Program-made: the position numbers and the translations under genes
Notes under the pieces: generated by a model
Database searches by the model: none
What the model was told of the DNA's origin: nothing
Seen by the model: only the letters and a program-made list of their open reading frames with translations
Part shown: positions 18,267 through 28,169 of the stretch, in pieces
How the letters are laid out: each line of letters starts with the position of its first letter
How positions within the stretch are numbered: position 1 is the first letter of the stretch
Assembly: GCA_963770895.1 (NCBI GenBank)
Contig: CAVYRF010000002.1
Coordinates: 576,001-640,000, forward strand
Origin: an uncultured Acidobacteriota bacterium
GTDB taxonomy: Bacteria; Acidobacteriota; Thermoanaerobaculia; Multivoradales; UBA5704
Reading direction: 5' to 3'
Length of the DNA stretch: 64,000 nt

Positions 18267-19850
18267 TCATGCGGAGAGGTCGAGCTGATGGGCGCTCAGC
18301 ACCTCGTTGAGCGCCTGCAGGCGGGCGACCACTTCGGGCGCCACCGGCTGGTCCAGGCGCAGCACCGCCAGCGCTTTCTCTTCGCCATCGCGGCGCGCCA
18401 GGTGGATGTCGGCGATGTTGACGCCGGCGACGCCGAGCAGCGTCCCGAGCTTGCCGACGACCCCCGGAACGTCGCGGTTTTCCAGCACCAGCAGCCGCCC
18501 CTGCGGCCGGAACTCCAGCTGGTAGCGGCCGAACCGCACCACGCGCGGGTCGCGCCCGCCGATGAGGGTCCCGCCCAGCTCGACCGTGCGGCCGCCGCCG
18601 GCGAGCGTCACGCCGAGCAGCGGCGCCGGGTCGCCCTGGCTGCTGTGGCTGGCGACCACCAACGCGATGCCCCGCCCGTCCGCCACGTGCTCGGCATTGA
18701 CGTAGTTGACGCCTTCGCCCAGAAACGGCGTCAGCGCCCCCTTGAGCGCCGCCACGGCGATCGGCTGCCGGTATCCTTCGTCGATGCCCCAGGCGTCCAC
18801 CTGCAGGCGCTCCAGCGGCGCGTCCAGCAGCAGGCTCGCCATTCTGCCCAGGCTCTCACCCAGGTGCATGAAGGGCTCCAGCCGGCCGGCGCCGCCGGGA
18901 GCGGCGCGGAACGGCAGGTTGACGGCGGCGATGGAGAGCGAACCGGCCAGCGCCGCCAGTACCATTTCCGCGGTCTCGCGCGAGATGCGCTCCTGCGCTT
19001 CGAACGTCTGCGCCCCCAGGTGCGGCGTCGCCACCACCCGCGGATGCGACGCCAGCGTGCGGTCCTTGGGCGGCTCTTCGGCGAACACGTCCAGGCCCGC
19101 GCCGCCGATCGCACCCGACTCCAGGGCGGCCAGCAGCGCCGCTTCGTCCAGCACGCCGCCGCGGCCGCAGTTGATCACCAGGGCGCCCTTCGGCAGCAGC
19201 GCCAGGCGCTCGTGGTTGAGCAGGTTTTTGGTCTGCTCGGTGAGCGGCGTGTGCAGGGTGACCGCGTCGGAGACTTTCAGCAGCTCTTCGAGCGGCAACA
19301 TCTCCACTTCCAGGCGGCGCGCCGCCGCCGGGTCCAGAAAGGGATCGTAGGCCACCACCTTCATCTCGAAGCCGCGCGCCCGCGCCGCGACGCGCTGGCC
19401 GATGCGGCCGAACCCGATCACGCCCAGCGTCTTGCCGTACAGCTCGACGCCGGTCAGCTTGCGGTTCCAGCCGCCGGCCTTGGTGGAGGCGTCGGCTTCG
19501 GGCACCCGCCGCGCCACCGCCAGGAGCAGCGCAAAGGTGTGCTCGGTGGCCGACATCAGGTTGGCGGTCGGCGCGTTGACGACCAGGATGCCCAGCTCGG
19601 TCGCCGCCGCCACGTCCACGTTGTCGACGCCGATGCCGGCGCGGCCCACCACCTTGAGGTGGCGTCCGGCGCGCAGCAGCTCGGCGGTCACCTTGGTGGC
19701 GCTGCGCACGACCAGCGCGTCGCAGTCGGCGATGAGCTCGGCGATGCGGGGCCGGTCGGCCTCTTGCATCTGCACCAGCTCGGCGCCCGACGCGGTGAGC
19801 AGCGTCAGGCCCGAAGGGTCGAGGGAATCCGCGATCAGGATGCGCGGCAT
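18267..19850 (-). CDS. serA: D-3-phosphoglycerate dehydrogenase
   Basis: VRSATKV, GRAGIGVDNVD, GFGRIG, TPHLGA and a C-terminal ACT domain. Confidence 0.93.
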   Translation of the reverse strand: MPRILIADSLDPSGLTLLTASGAELVQMQEADRPRIAELIADCDALVVRSATKVTAELLRAGRHLKVVGRAGIGVDNVDVAAATELGILVVNAPTANLMSATEHTFALLLAVARRVPEADASTKAGGWNRKLTGVELYGKTLGVIGFGRIGQRVAARARGFEMKVVAYDPFLDPAAARRLEVEMLPLEELLKVSDAVTLHTPLTEQTKNLLNHERLALLPKGALVINCGRGGVLDEAALLAALESGAIGGAGLDVFAEEPPKDRTLASHPRVVATPHLGAQTFEAQERISRETAEMVLAALAGSLSIAAVNLPFRAAPGGAGRLEPFMHLGESLGRMASLLLDAPLERLQVDAWGIDEGYRQPIAVAALKGALTPFLGEGVNYVNAEHVADGRGIALVVASHSSQGDPAPLLGVTLAGGGRTVELGGTLIGGRDPRVVRFGRYQLEFRPQGRLLVLENRDVPGVVGKLGTLLGVAGVNIADIHLARRDGEEKALAVLRLDQPVAPEVVARLQALNEVLSAHQLDLSA

Positions 19851-19854
19851 GGCG

Positions 19855-20982
19855 TCACGACTCCGCGCGCGCCGGCTGAGCCGCCGCGCCCGCTCCCTGG
19901 GCCGCGCCGGCGAGCCCCGCCAGCACGTCGTCGATCTGGGCGAGCAGCTCGGTCAAGTCGCTTTCGCGCACCTCGCCCATGTGGCCGATGCGGAACGTCG
20001 TGGGCTTCCAGTCGCCGTAGCCGCCGCCGATGGTCCAGCCGCGCGCCAGCAGCTGCTTGACCAGCGCCTGCGGGTCGACGCCCTGCGGCGGGCGCAGGCA
20101 CGACACGGTGTGCGAATGCGCTCCCGCCGCCGCCACGTAGGTGCAGCCGCGCGTCGCCGCCCATGCGGCGGTCTGGCGGTAGAGCCGTTCGTGGCGCTGC
20201 CAGCGCGCCTCCATGCCTTCCGCCAGGATGCGGTCCAGCTGGCGCTCCAGGGCGTAGAACAGCGGGATCGCCGGCGTGGTGATGGCGCCGCCCTCGCGGT
20301 GCTTGTCGCGGTAGCGCAGCAGGTCGGTGTAAAAGCCGCGGCGCTCGACCTTGGCGGCGCGCAGGGCGGCGCGGTCGGAAAGCGTGAACACGGTCAGACC
20401 GGGGGGCAGCGCCAGCGCCTTTTGCGTGCCGGCCAGCACCACGTCCAGCCCCCAGGCGTCGGATTCGACCGGCGCACCGCCGAGCGACGACACGGCGTCG
20501 ACCAGGATCATGGCGTCGCTCTCTTCGCGGATGGCGCGCGCGATCTCGGCCAGCGGGTTCATCACCCCGGTCGAGGTCTCGTTGTGCACCAGGGTCACGG
20601 CGTCGTAGCGCTTGCGGCGCAAGGTGGCGCGCACCGCGTCGGGATCGATCGCTTCGCCCCACGGCACCGACACGCGGTCGGCGGCCTTGCCGACGCTGCG
20701 GGTGATCGAATGCCAGCGTTCCGAAAAGGCGCCGCAGGTCAGGTTCAGCACATCGGCGGCGGCGGTCGAGATCACCGCGCTCTCCATGATCAACGTGGAG
20801 CTGCCGGTGGCGATGAGCGCGTCGCCGGCGGTGCGCAGCACGGCGGGCAGGCGGCTTGCCAGGTTGTTGTAAAAGGCACGGAAACCCGCCGACCGGTGGC
20901 CGACGACGGGAGCCGCCATGGCCTGGCGGGCATCCTCGGGCACATAGGTGGGACCGGGCAGAAAAAACTGGATCTTTTCCAT
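19855..20982 (-). CDS. class V PLP aminotransferase (serine-pyruvate/phosphoserine aminotransferase-like)
   Basis: PGP, VHNETSTG, DAVSS, GTQKAL, FRIGHMG; directly upstream of serA. Confidence 0.88.
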   Translation of the reverse strand: MEKIQFFLPGPTYVPEDARQAMAAPVVGHRSAGFRAFYNNLASRLPAVLRTAGDALIATGSSTLIMESAVISTAAADVLNLTCGAFSERWHSITRSVGKAADRVSVPWGEAIDPDAVRATLRRKRYDAVTLVHNETSTGVMNPLAEIARAIREESDAMILVDAVSSLGGAPVESDAWGLDVVLAGTQKALALPPGLTVFTLSDRAALRAAKVERRGFYTDLLRYRDKHREGGAITTPAIPLFYALERQLDRILAEGMEARWQRHERLYRQTAAWAATRGCTYVAAAGAHSHTVSCLRPPQGVDPQALVKQLLARGWTIGGGYGDWKPTTFRIGHMGEVRESDLTELLAQIDDVLAGLAGAAQGAGAAAQPARAES

Positions 20983-21101
20983 GATGGAGGACCTTTGCTT
21001 TGATTTGCCAACGGGCGGAATCCGCGCGCACTGTGCGGTCCGAATGCCGCATTGTGGCAAATGCGCCGGCCAGCCGCAACCCGCCCGCGGCCGGCGGGAG
21101 G

Positions 21102-21623
21102 CTAGGCCGGACTGTCGCCCTGCCGCGCTTTTCCAGCGCTGGCGGGCTTCGACCAGGGGTACGGGCGGCGCAGGTGGGCCACCAGGCTGGCGGTATCGAG
21201 ATGCCGCACCGCGTCAACGCTTGGGTCGCCGGCGGCGCTTTTGACCGCCCAGGCGTCGCTATCGTGGGGCGCCAGCAGCGGCATCTCCCAATCGTCCGGC
21301 GGCATCGCCGCCGCGCTGCTCCCCGACACCAGGACCAGCACCACGGCGCAGCCGGCGAAGTGCTCCCGCAACAGGTCGCGCAGCACCGGGGCCCCCGCCA
21401 TCGCCTTGACCGCCATGCTGTGACTGCCGCCCACCGCCACCGCCCGCCCGACGCCCGTCGCCACCGCGTCGGCCAGGCTGGGCGCCATCGCTTCCGGCGG
21501 CCGCAGCTCCAGCCAGCCGGTGCGCATGCCGGCGGCGGCGAGCGCCTGAACCAGCGGCGCGAAGACCGCCGCCGGCTCGACCACCGCCAGCAGGTGCGGT
21601 GCGCGGCGACCGCGGCGCGTCAT
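21102..21623 (-). CDS. hypothetical protein, degenerate MobB-like
   Basis: ATGA overlap with the upstream gene. The sequence pattern resembles MobB but has no Walker A; lies in the moaC operon. Confidence 0.5.
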   Translation of the reverse strand: MTRRGRRAPHLLAVVEPAAVFAPLVQALAAAGMRTGWLELRPPEAMAPSLADAVATGVGRAVAVGGSHSMAVKAMAGAPVLRDLLREHFAGCAVVLVLVSGSSAAAMPPDDWEMPLLAPHDSDAWAVKSAAGDPSVDAVRHLDTASLVAHLRRPYPWSKPASAGKARQGDSPA

Positions 21624-22891
21624 GCCGGGTCCCGTGGCGGCAAGGCCGGCGACTCGGGGTACAGCAGGATCTCCCGCCGCTCGGCGCGGAAGCTGGCTTC
21701 GTCCGCCGCCCACGTCGCCATCCAGGCGTCGAGCGCGCCGTCGTCGCCGCGATCCAGGGCGGTGCGGCACTCGCTGCCGCCGGTCAGCAGATCGATCGCC
21801 GGCCGGTCGGTGACAAATTCGTAAGCGGCCCGCCGCCAGCCGAACGCCCGCGGCGCGATCCGCGCAAACGCCCGCAGCAGCTCGACGCCGGTGCGATACG
21901 AGCGAAACGCCGCCGGCTCCGTCACCTCCAGCTGGACGCCGCCGCACACTTGGCCGCGGTGCTTCTGGAACTGCGGCCGGAAGTAGACCGGCAGAAAGAC
22001 GCAGCCGGCAGCGGCGCCCGCCTTGCCCGCGGCGCCCGCGGTGCCCGCACGCATGGCGCCGTGGGCGTTGAGCGCGTCGGCCAGGGCGGCGGGATCGACG
22101 CCGGGGGCGCCGGCCAGGTGAAACGGGCGCGTCGTGCCGCGGCCTTCCGACAGCTCGGTCGCTTCGATCAAACAGCCGCCGGGATAGATCAGCGCCGTGG
22201 CGGCGGTCGGCATGTTGGGCGACGGCGCGATCCAGGCAAGGCCGGTTTCGGACCACGACATCGCGCGCCGCCAGCCGTCCAGGGTCCACACCCGCGGCGC
22301 CTGCCGCCAGCCGCGGCGGCGCGCCTCCAGCAGCATCAGCTCGCCCAGCGTCAGCGCGTGCCGCACCGGCAGGCGGAAGGCGCCGACGAAGGATTCGCAG
22401 CCCGGCGCCGGCAGGTTGCCTTCGATCACCTCGCCGCCCAGCGGATTGGGGCGATCCAGCACCCACACTTCGCAACCGGCGGCGAGAGCGGCTTCGGCCG
22501 CCCACACCGCGGTGGCGGCGTAGGTGTAGTAGCGCGAACCGACGTCCTGCAGATCGATGATCAGCAGGTCCAGCGCCAGCCTGGTAAAGGTTTCGGGCCG
22601 CGGCGCCAGCGTCTCCGCCGCGTCGCCGTAGAGCGATTCGATCGGCGCGCCGGTCCACGGATCGCGGCCGCCCGCCGCCGCCACCATGTCCTGTTCGATG
22701 CCGTAGAAGCCGTGCTCGGGGCCGAACAGGGCATGCGGCGGGCCGGCGGCGCTGGCGGCCAGCGCGCGGTGGATGGGACGCAGGTCGCCGGTCACCGCGG
22801 CGCCGTGCGCCAGCAAGCCGTAGCGCGTGCCGGCCAGTTCGCGCAGGCGGTCCGGCGCCGCCAGCAGCCGGTCGAGCCCGGTCTGGATCAT
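21620..22891 (-). CDS. DUF1343 / exo-beta-N-acetylmuramidase NamZ family
   Basis: LFGPEHG, DLQDVGSRYYTY, LDRPNPLGG, PSPNMPT, SEGRGTT.PF. Confidence 0.88.
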   Translation of the reverse strand: MIQTGLDRLLAAPDRLRELAGTRYGLLAHGAAVTGDLRPIHRALAASAAGPPHALFGPEHGFYGIEQDMVAAAGGRDPWTGAPIESLYGDAAETLAPRPETFTRLALDLLIIDLQDVGSRYYTYAATAVWAAEAALAAGCEVWVLDRPNPLGGEVIEGNLPAPGCESFVGAFRLPVRHALTLGELMLLEARRRGWRQAPRVWTLDGWRRAMSWSETGLAWIAPSPNMPTAATALIYPGGCLIEATELSEGRGTTRPFHLAGAPGVDPAALADALNAHGAMRAGTAGAAGKAGAAAGCVFLPVYFRPQFQKHRGQVCGGVQLEVTEPAAFRSYRTGVELLRAFARIAPRAFGWRRAAYEFVTDRPAIDLLTGGSECRTALDRGDDGALDAWMATWAADEASFRAERREILLYPESPALPPRDPA

Positions 22892-23364
22892 GTCCGCTGG
22901 TAGGAGCCGCGCTGGCCGCCGCTCTTGGCTTCGAGCCGCAGATCGGTGATCACCGCGTCGCGCTGGACGGCTTTCACCATGTCGTAGAGCGCCAGCGCCG
23001 CCGTCGAACAGGCGACCAGCGCTTCCATCTCGGCGCCGGTGCGCGCCGTCGCCACCACGCGGCTGCGGATCTCGACGCCTTGCGGAATGGGCAGCACGGT
23101 GACCTCCACCTGGTCGAGCGGCAGCGGATGCGCCAGCGGGATCAGCTCGGCGGTGCGCTTGGCGCCCTGGATCCCCGCCAGGCGCGCAACCGCAAAGGCG
23201 TCGCCCTTGGGCAGATTGGCCAGGGCGGCGACGGTGGATGCGGCGAGCAGCACGCGGCAGGAGGCTTCGGCGATGCGCCGGGTGATCGGTTTCTGGGAAA
23301 CGTCCACCATGTGCGCCGAGCCCTGCTCGTCGAGGTGGCTGAAGGGAGGAGCCGGATCGGTCAT
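22888..23364 (-). CDS. moaC: cyclic pyranopterin monophosphate synthase
   Basis: SHLD...AHMVDVS.K, KGD, AKRT..LIP..HP, EMEAL, YDMVKA, KSGG. Confidence 0.95.
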   Translation of the reverse strand: MTDPAPPFSHLDEQGSAHMVDVSQKPITRRIAEASCRVLLAASTVAALANLPKGDAFAVARLAGIQGAKRTAELIPLAHPLPLDQVEVTVLPIPQGVEIRSRVVATARTGAEMEALVACSTAALALYDMVKAVQRDAVITDLRLEAKSGGQRGSYQRT

Positions 23365-23438
23365 CGGAGCGGCTCAAGGAGTGAGCAGGCGGGTACGGCG
23401 GCGCGCGGCGCGCCGCCGGTTCGCCGATCCGTTCGGTG

Positions 23439-23732
23439 TTACTTGCGGCGCTTCTTGTTTACCGATTCCTTCAGTTCCTTGCCAGGCTTGAAACGCACGC
23501 TCTTGCTGGCCTTGATCGTGATGGATTCGCCGGTGGCGGGGTTGCGGCCCTTCCGCGACGCCCGCTCGGAAAGCGTGAAGCTGCCGAAGGACGGCACCTT
23601 GGCGGACTCACCCGCCTTGACCGCCTCGGTGATCGCAGCAAACACCGCTTCGAAGGCCTCGGTGGCCTGCCTGCGCGTGAGCCCCTCCACAGAGTCCACA
23701 ATGCTATTAATCAAGTCAGCTTTACCAGCCAT
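23439..23732 (-). CDS. hup: HU-family DNA-binding protein
   Basis: FGSF, R.GRNPATGE.I.I, F.PGK.LK; GGAGGAG RBS. Confidence 0.93.
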   Translation of the reverse strand: MAGKADLINSIVDSVEGLTRRQATEAFEAVFAAITEAVKAGESAKVPSFGSFTLSERASRKGRNPATGESITIKASKSVRFKPGKELKESVNKKRRK

Positions 23733-23837
23733 CTCTCCTCCTCCTTGGATTCCGTTTTTCCGGCGCAGAAAACTAGGAAAAGACGATAAGCCAACGGCCA
23801 GGGGCTGTCAATGCCTCGTAAGCGCCGCCGGAGCCCT

Positions 23838-25244
23838 TCAGGGCGCGGTTTTCGCGAGCACCGAGACGGAGAAGCCGTCGTGATCGTCGCCGGTCAGCAG
23901 CCGCCATGCGCCCGGTCCCGCGATCGCCGCGCCCAGCTGGGGATCGAGGCGACCCGCCAGGTCGAGCGGCTTGAAGTCCGAGCGCACGGCCAGGAAGCTG
24001 TCCACAACCTGTTCGTTTTCCTCCATTTCGAGCGAACAGGTGATGGCGACGATGCAACCGCCCGGCCGCACCAGGGGCGCCACGCCGCCGAGCAGACGCA
24101 GCGCCTGGCGCGCCAGGCGGCCGATCTCCCCCGGGCTGATGCGCCACTTGAGCTCGGGATGGCGGCGCAAGGTGCCGGTGCCGCTGCACGGCAGGTCGAG
24201 AATGATGCGGTCGAAGCTGCGCGCAAACGGCGGCGCGCCGGCGTCCGCCACCAGCGCCGGCAGCCGTCTGCCGAGCCGGTTCAGGTTCTGGCGCACCAGC
24301 AGCAGGCGATCGAGCGACACGTCGGCGAGCACCGGCCGCACCGACGGCTCGCGGGCGAGCAGCGAAAAGCTCTTGCCGCCTGGCGCCGCGGCGGCGTCCA
24401 GCACGCGCTCGCCCGGGCGCGGCGGCGGCACCAGCGCCGCCGCCTGGCTGGCTTCGTCCTGCACGTACAGGTCGCCGCGCGCGAACGCCGGCGAAGCCAG
24501 CGGATCGCCGTGACGCACCGTGAGCCCCATGGGCGCGAGCGACGACGGTTCCACGTCGACGCCGCAGTCGATCAGCGCCTCGGCCAGCAGCTCGCGCCCG
24601 CCACGGTCGCGAAACGCCAGCAGCTGCAGCGGTTTGCCGCGATTGTTGGCGGCCAGCAGCGCCGCCGTGCGGCGGTGGCCGAAGCGCGCCAGCCAGCGTT
24701 CGACAAGGAAGTCGGGATGGCTCATTTCGAGCGCCAGCCGGCGCGTCGGATCGCTCTCCCGCACCGGCCAGCTGGCCAGCTGCGGCGCGCGGGCGATGCG
24801 CCGCAGCACGCCGTTGACAAAGCTGGCGCCGCCGCGATGCGTCACCTGGTGCGCCTGCTCGACCGCCTCGTAGACCGCGGCATGCGGCGGGATGCGATCC
24901 AGAAACAGCAGCTGGTAGGCGGCGATGCGCAGCGGCGAGCGCAGCGCCGGCTCGATGTCGTCGAAACGGCGATGGCTGGCGTCGGCCAGGATCTGGTCCA
25001 GCCGCCGCAGCCAGCGCAGGCTCCCCATCACCAGCTCCACCAGCAGTCCCTGGTCGCGCTCGTCGAAGCGCCCGAGCGCGCTGTCGAGGAACGAATCGAC
25101 CGGCGCCATCGAAGCGAGCGTGCGGTCCAGCACCCAGCTCGCCGCCACCCGCACGTTGTCCTGCGGCGTGCGGCGCGGCGTCAGCCGGCGGTTGCGCGGG
25201 GAGCTGGCAGGCGCCGGCGGGCCGGCGCCGCGGCTGCGGGTCAG
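23838..25244 (-). CDS. rsmB: 16S rRNA m5C967 methyltransferase RsmB/Sun (start approximate)
   Basis: NusB-like N-terminal domain, QDEASQ, DAAAAPGGK, DLPCSGTG..RRHPE, TCS....EN; follows fmt. Confidence 0.9.
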   Translation of the reverse strand: MTRSRGAGPPAPASSPRNRRLTPRRTPQDNVRVAASWVLDRTLASMAPVDSFLDSALGRFDERDQGLLVELVMGSLRWLRRLDQILADASHRRFDDIEPALRSPLRIAAYQLLFLDRIPPHAAVYEAVEQAHQVTHRGGASFVNGVLRRIARAPQLASWPVRESDPTRRLALEMSHPDFLVERWLARFGHRRTAALLAANNRGKPLQLLAFRDRGGRELLAEALIDCGVDVEPSSLAPMGLTVRHGDPLASPAFARGDLYVQDEASQAAALVPPPRPGERVLDAAAAPGGKSFSLLAREPSVRPVLADVSLDRLLLVRQNLNRLGRRLPALVADAGAPPFARSFDRIILDLPCSGTGTLRRHPELKWRISPGEIGRLARQALRLLGGVAPLVRPGGCIVAITCSLEMEENEQVVDSFLAVRSDFKPLDLAGRLDPQLGAAIAGPGAWRLLTGDDHDGFSVSVLAKTAP

Positions 25245-26332
25245 GAAAACCTCTCGCCCGCGCGCAGGCGCTCGCCGTTGACAAAATCCGCGCCGCGCAG
25301 CGCCCGCTTGCCGGGCCGTTGCAGCTCGGCAACCACCAGCCGCGTATCGTCCCCCGCCGCAATCAGCAAGCCCTGCGGCGTCAGCCCCAGAAAGCTCCCA
25401 GGGGTGGCGGCGGACGGACCGTCTTGCGCCGGCGAGGCGGGTGACGGCACCGCCGATGCCTGCGCCGCCGGCATTTGCGCCGCCAAAGGCTGCGCCGGTG
25501 GCGCTTGCGCTGCCGGCGCCTCCGCTTGCGCAGGCTGGGGTGCCGGCGTTTGCGCCGCCGCGGGCTGGTCCTGGGCGTGCGCGCGCACCAGCTTGACGGG
25601 AGTGCCGCGCAGGTCGGCGGTGAGGCCCGGCCATGGCGTCCAGGCGCGCAGGCGGTTGGCGATCTGCGCCGCCGGCAGGCTCCAATCGACGCGCCCGCCC
25701 TCGCGGGTGAGCCGCGGCGCGTAGGTGGCGAGCGCGGCGTCCTGCGGCTGCTGCGGCAGGTCGCCGCGATCCAGGCGGTCGAGCGCCTGCAGGATCAGTT
25801 GCGCTCCCAGCGCGGCAAGCCGCGGCGCCAGCTCGCCCGCGGTTTCGCTGGGACCGATCGCGATCGGCGCCTGGAGCAGGATGGGACCGGTGTCGAGCCC
25901 CGCTTCCATGCGCATGACGGTGACGCCGGTGCGCGCCTCGCCGGCGGCGATGGCCGCCTGGATCGGCGAGGCGCCGCGCCAGGCCGGCAGCAGCGACGCG
26001 TGCAGGTTGAGGCAGCCCAGCGCCGGCAGCGCCAGCAGCTCGGCGGGAAAGATCTGGCCAAAGGCCACCACCACGGCGATCGCCGGCGCCAGCGGCCGCA
26101 GCTCGGCCAGGAAGTCCGGCGAGCGCACGCGTTCGGGTTGCAGCACCGGCAGGCCATGCTCCAGCGCCCAGCGGGCGACCGGCGGCTGGCGCAGCTGCTG
26201 ACCGCGGCCGGCGGGGCGCGGCGGTTGCGTCACCACTCGCAGCGGCGCGCGCCCGGCCGCCACCAGCGCCTGCAGTGCCGGCACCGCAAGCTCCGGCGTG
26301 CCAAAGAAAAGGAGCGGATGGGTCGGCGGCAT
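25241..26332 (-). CDS. fmt: methionyl-tRNA formyltransferase (with Ala/Pro/Gln-rich insertion)
   Basis: FFGTP, VVTQP, NLHASLLP.WRGA.P, GLDTGP, PWPG. Confidence 0.93.
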   Translation of the reverse strand: MPPTHPLLFFGTPELAVPALQALVAAGRAPLRVVTQPPRPAGRGQQLRQPPVARWALEHGLPVLQPERVRSPDFLAELRPLAPAIAVVVAFGQIFPAELLALPALGCLNLHASLLPAWRGASPIQAAIAAGEARTGVTVMRMEAGLDTGPILLQAPIAIGPSETAGELAPRLAALGAQLILQALDRLDRGDLPQQPQDAALATYAPRLTREGGRVDWSLPAAQIANRLRAWTPWPGLTADLRGTPVKLVRAHAQDQPAAAQTPAPQPAQAEAPAAQAPPAQPLAAQMPAAQASAVPSPASPAQDGPSAATPGSFLGLTPQGLLIAAGDDTRLVVAELQRPGKRALRGADFVNGERLRAGERFS

Positions 26333-26567
26333 GGCGGCGATGCTACCACCCGCTCCACCTGGCCTGGCGCACGTGCGGCGCGCTCCGATGGCAAACGATC
26401 CTTGGCAGCACGGCTGCGCGCAACCCGGACCGATGGCTGGCTTGGGTTGGCGCTGCCGCGATGGGCTACGGCGATGGGCGACGGACGGCGGGAGCGACAG
26501 CCGGTAGAGACAGCGAACCCCGGGAGGTGACCCTGCCCGGGGCTGGTGCTGCGACGATGCGGCTGGC

Positions 26568-27869
26568 TCAGGGGATCGGATTTTCGACGGTCATCGGGAT
26601 CTTGCCGATGAACGTGTAGACGCCGTTGGAGTCCACCACCTGTGCCGACAGCTCGTGCACACCGTTGGACAGCTGGGTGGTGTCGATGTAGGAGTACCAG
26701 CCTGACGTGGCGGAGGTGGGATAGTTGGGATATTCGGAGAAGATGTCGGGCCGGGCCAAGCCGTAGTAGGCGAAGTTGTAAAGGTTGCCGTCGACGTAGA
26801 CCAGCACCGCGTTGACGCCTTCGTAATCGAGCGCCCAGCCGGACGCGATCACGTTGCCGCCGAACAGCAGGCCCGGAACCGGATTGTCGATACCGCCGAT
26901 TCCCAGGTCCTGGTTGGTGAAGTCGAAGCAGGTGAAGAACACCGCGATCGAGGCGATGTCGGTGACGTTGCCGGCGATGTCGCCGACGCGGATATCAATC
27001 TGGTGACTGCCGGGTGCGTACTGCGCCGGAATCACCGTGCCGTCGCCGCTCGGATCGCTGTGCGCACTCATCAGGTCGCCGATGTCGAGCGCGAAACGAA
27101 AGCCCGCGTTGGGCGTGTCCTTGAGGCCGGGATAGATCTGCAGCAGGTCCGGCCGGTAGAGACCGTAGCAGTTGGTGTAGCCGCCGGCTTCGGGCAGGTA
27201 TTCACAACCCGCCTTGCTGTTGTAGCTGCCCAGGTCGAAGTTGAAGTCGTCGAACAGGTTGGCGCCGTCCAGCAGCAGCTCGACATAGCCGATGCCGGTC
27301 TCTTCGTTCTGCACGTTCACGCCCAGGGCATAGCCCTGCACGATGTTGTAGTTGCGGCTGTCGCGATTGGACGGGGCCCAGGGCGTGCAGGTGCCGTACA
27401 GCTGGGCGCCCAGGTTCGGGAACTCGATTTTGCCGAAAGGCAGGAGGTCCGCTTCGGTGTTGGTGAATTGCAGCCGGATCCTGTTCAGATAGGCGACTTC
27501 ACCGGTGCGGCTTTCCACCCTGGCCGACACGAAGTGCATGCCGTTGAGGAACTTGGTGGTATCCAGCTCGTAGCCGAAACCGGCGGCCGCCGAATCGGGA
27601 TAGTGGGGATATTCCTTGGTCACCAGCGGGCGGCTGCGGCCGTAGTTGGACCGGCCGACGATCGCGCCATCGACCACGATGTCGACGGCGAAGACGCCGG
27701 AATCCGCCAGCGCCCAGCCCGCGATCGGCACGACACCGTTACCGGAATTGCCGCCGTCCACCAGGCCGGTGAAAAATCCAAAAGGCGCCGCGGCCCAGGC
27801 GGCAGGCGCCCCGAGGCACAGCGTCAGCAAGAGCATCCACGTCGCAAGAGAAGCCTTTCGCCACATCAT
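26568..27869 (-). CDS. secreted protein with three tandem Ig-like repeats
   Basis: Signal peptide (AAWAA); three repeats of G(W/Y)AL...VDG...YG..RP....YP....G....D. Confidence 0.75.
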   Translation of the reverse strand: MMWRKASLATWMLLLTLCLGAPAAWAAAPFGFFTGLVDGGNSGNGVVPIAGWALADSGVFAVDIVVDGAIVGRSNYGRSRPLVTKEYPHYPDSAAAGFGYELDTTKFLNGMHFVSARVESRTGEVAYLNRIRLQFTNTEADLLPFGKIEFPNLGAQLYGTCTPWAPSNRDSRNYNIVQGYALGVNVQNEETGIGYVELLLDGANLFDDFNFDLGSYNSKAGCEYLPEAGGYTNCYGLYRPDLLQIYPGLKDTPNAGFRFALDIGDLMSAHSDPSGDGTVIPAQYAPGSHQIDIRVGDIAGNVTDIASIAVFFTCFDFTNQDLGIGGIDNPVPGLLFGGNVIASGWALDYEGVNAVLVYVDGNLYNFAYYGLARPDIFSEYPNYPTSATSGWYSYIDTTQLSNGVHELSAQVVDSNGVYTFIGKIPMTVENPIP

Positions 27870-28169
27870 CACTCCGACCTCCGCTGCGCCGGCCCGGCCC
27901 CCACGTTGCAAATCGTGAAAGCGCCTTTACGACGCAGGCATCACCGGCCTTCTTTCAAGTGATACGTTAACTTTCGGCGATTCTAAGCCCGCGATAGCCG
28001 GAAGTCAATGAGTTAAATCGCGGTGGCATATGGATTTACCCCAGACGGCAAGGCAGGCGGCCAAGAACGGCGCCAAGCTACAACCGGTAGGCCGCACCGC
28101 CGCTAAAACCACAACATGTCGGGTAGTTCGACCGGCGCGCCAGTGGCGCCCGCCGCCGGGGCGCGTTCT

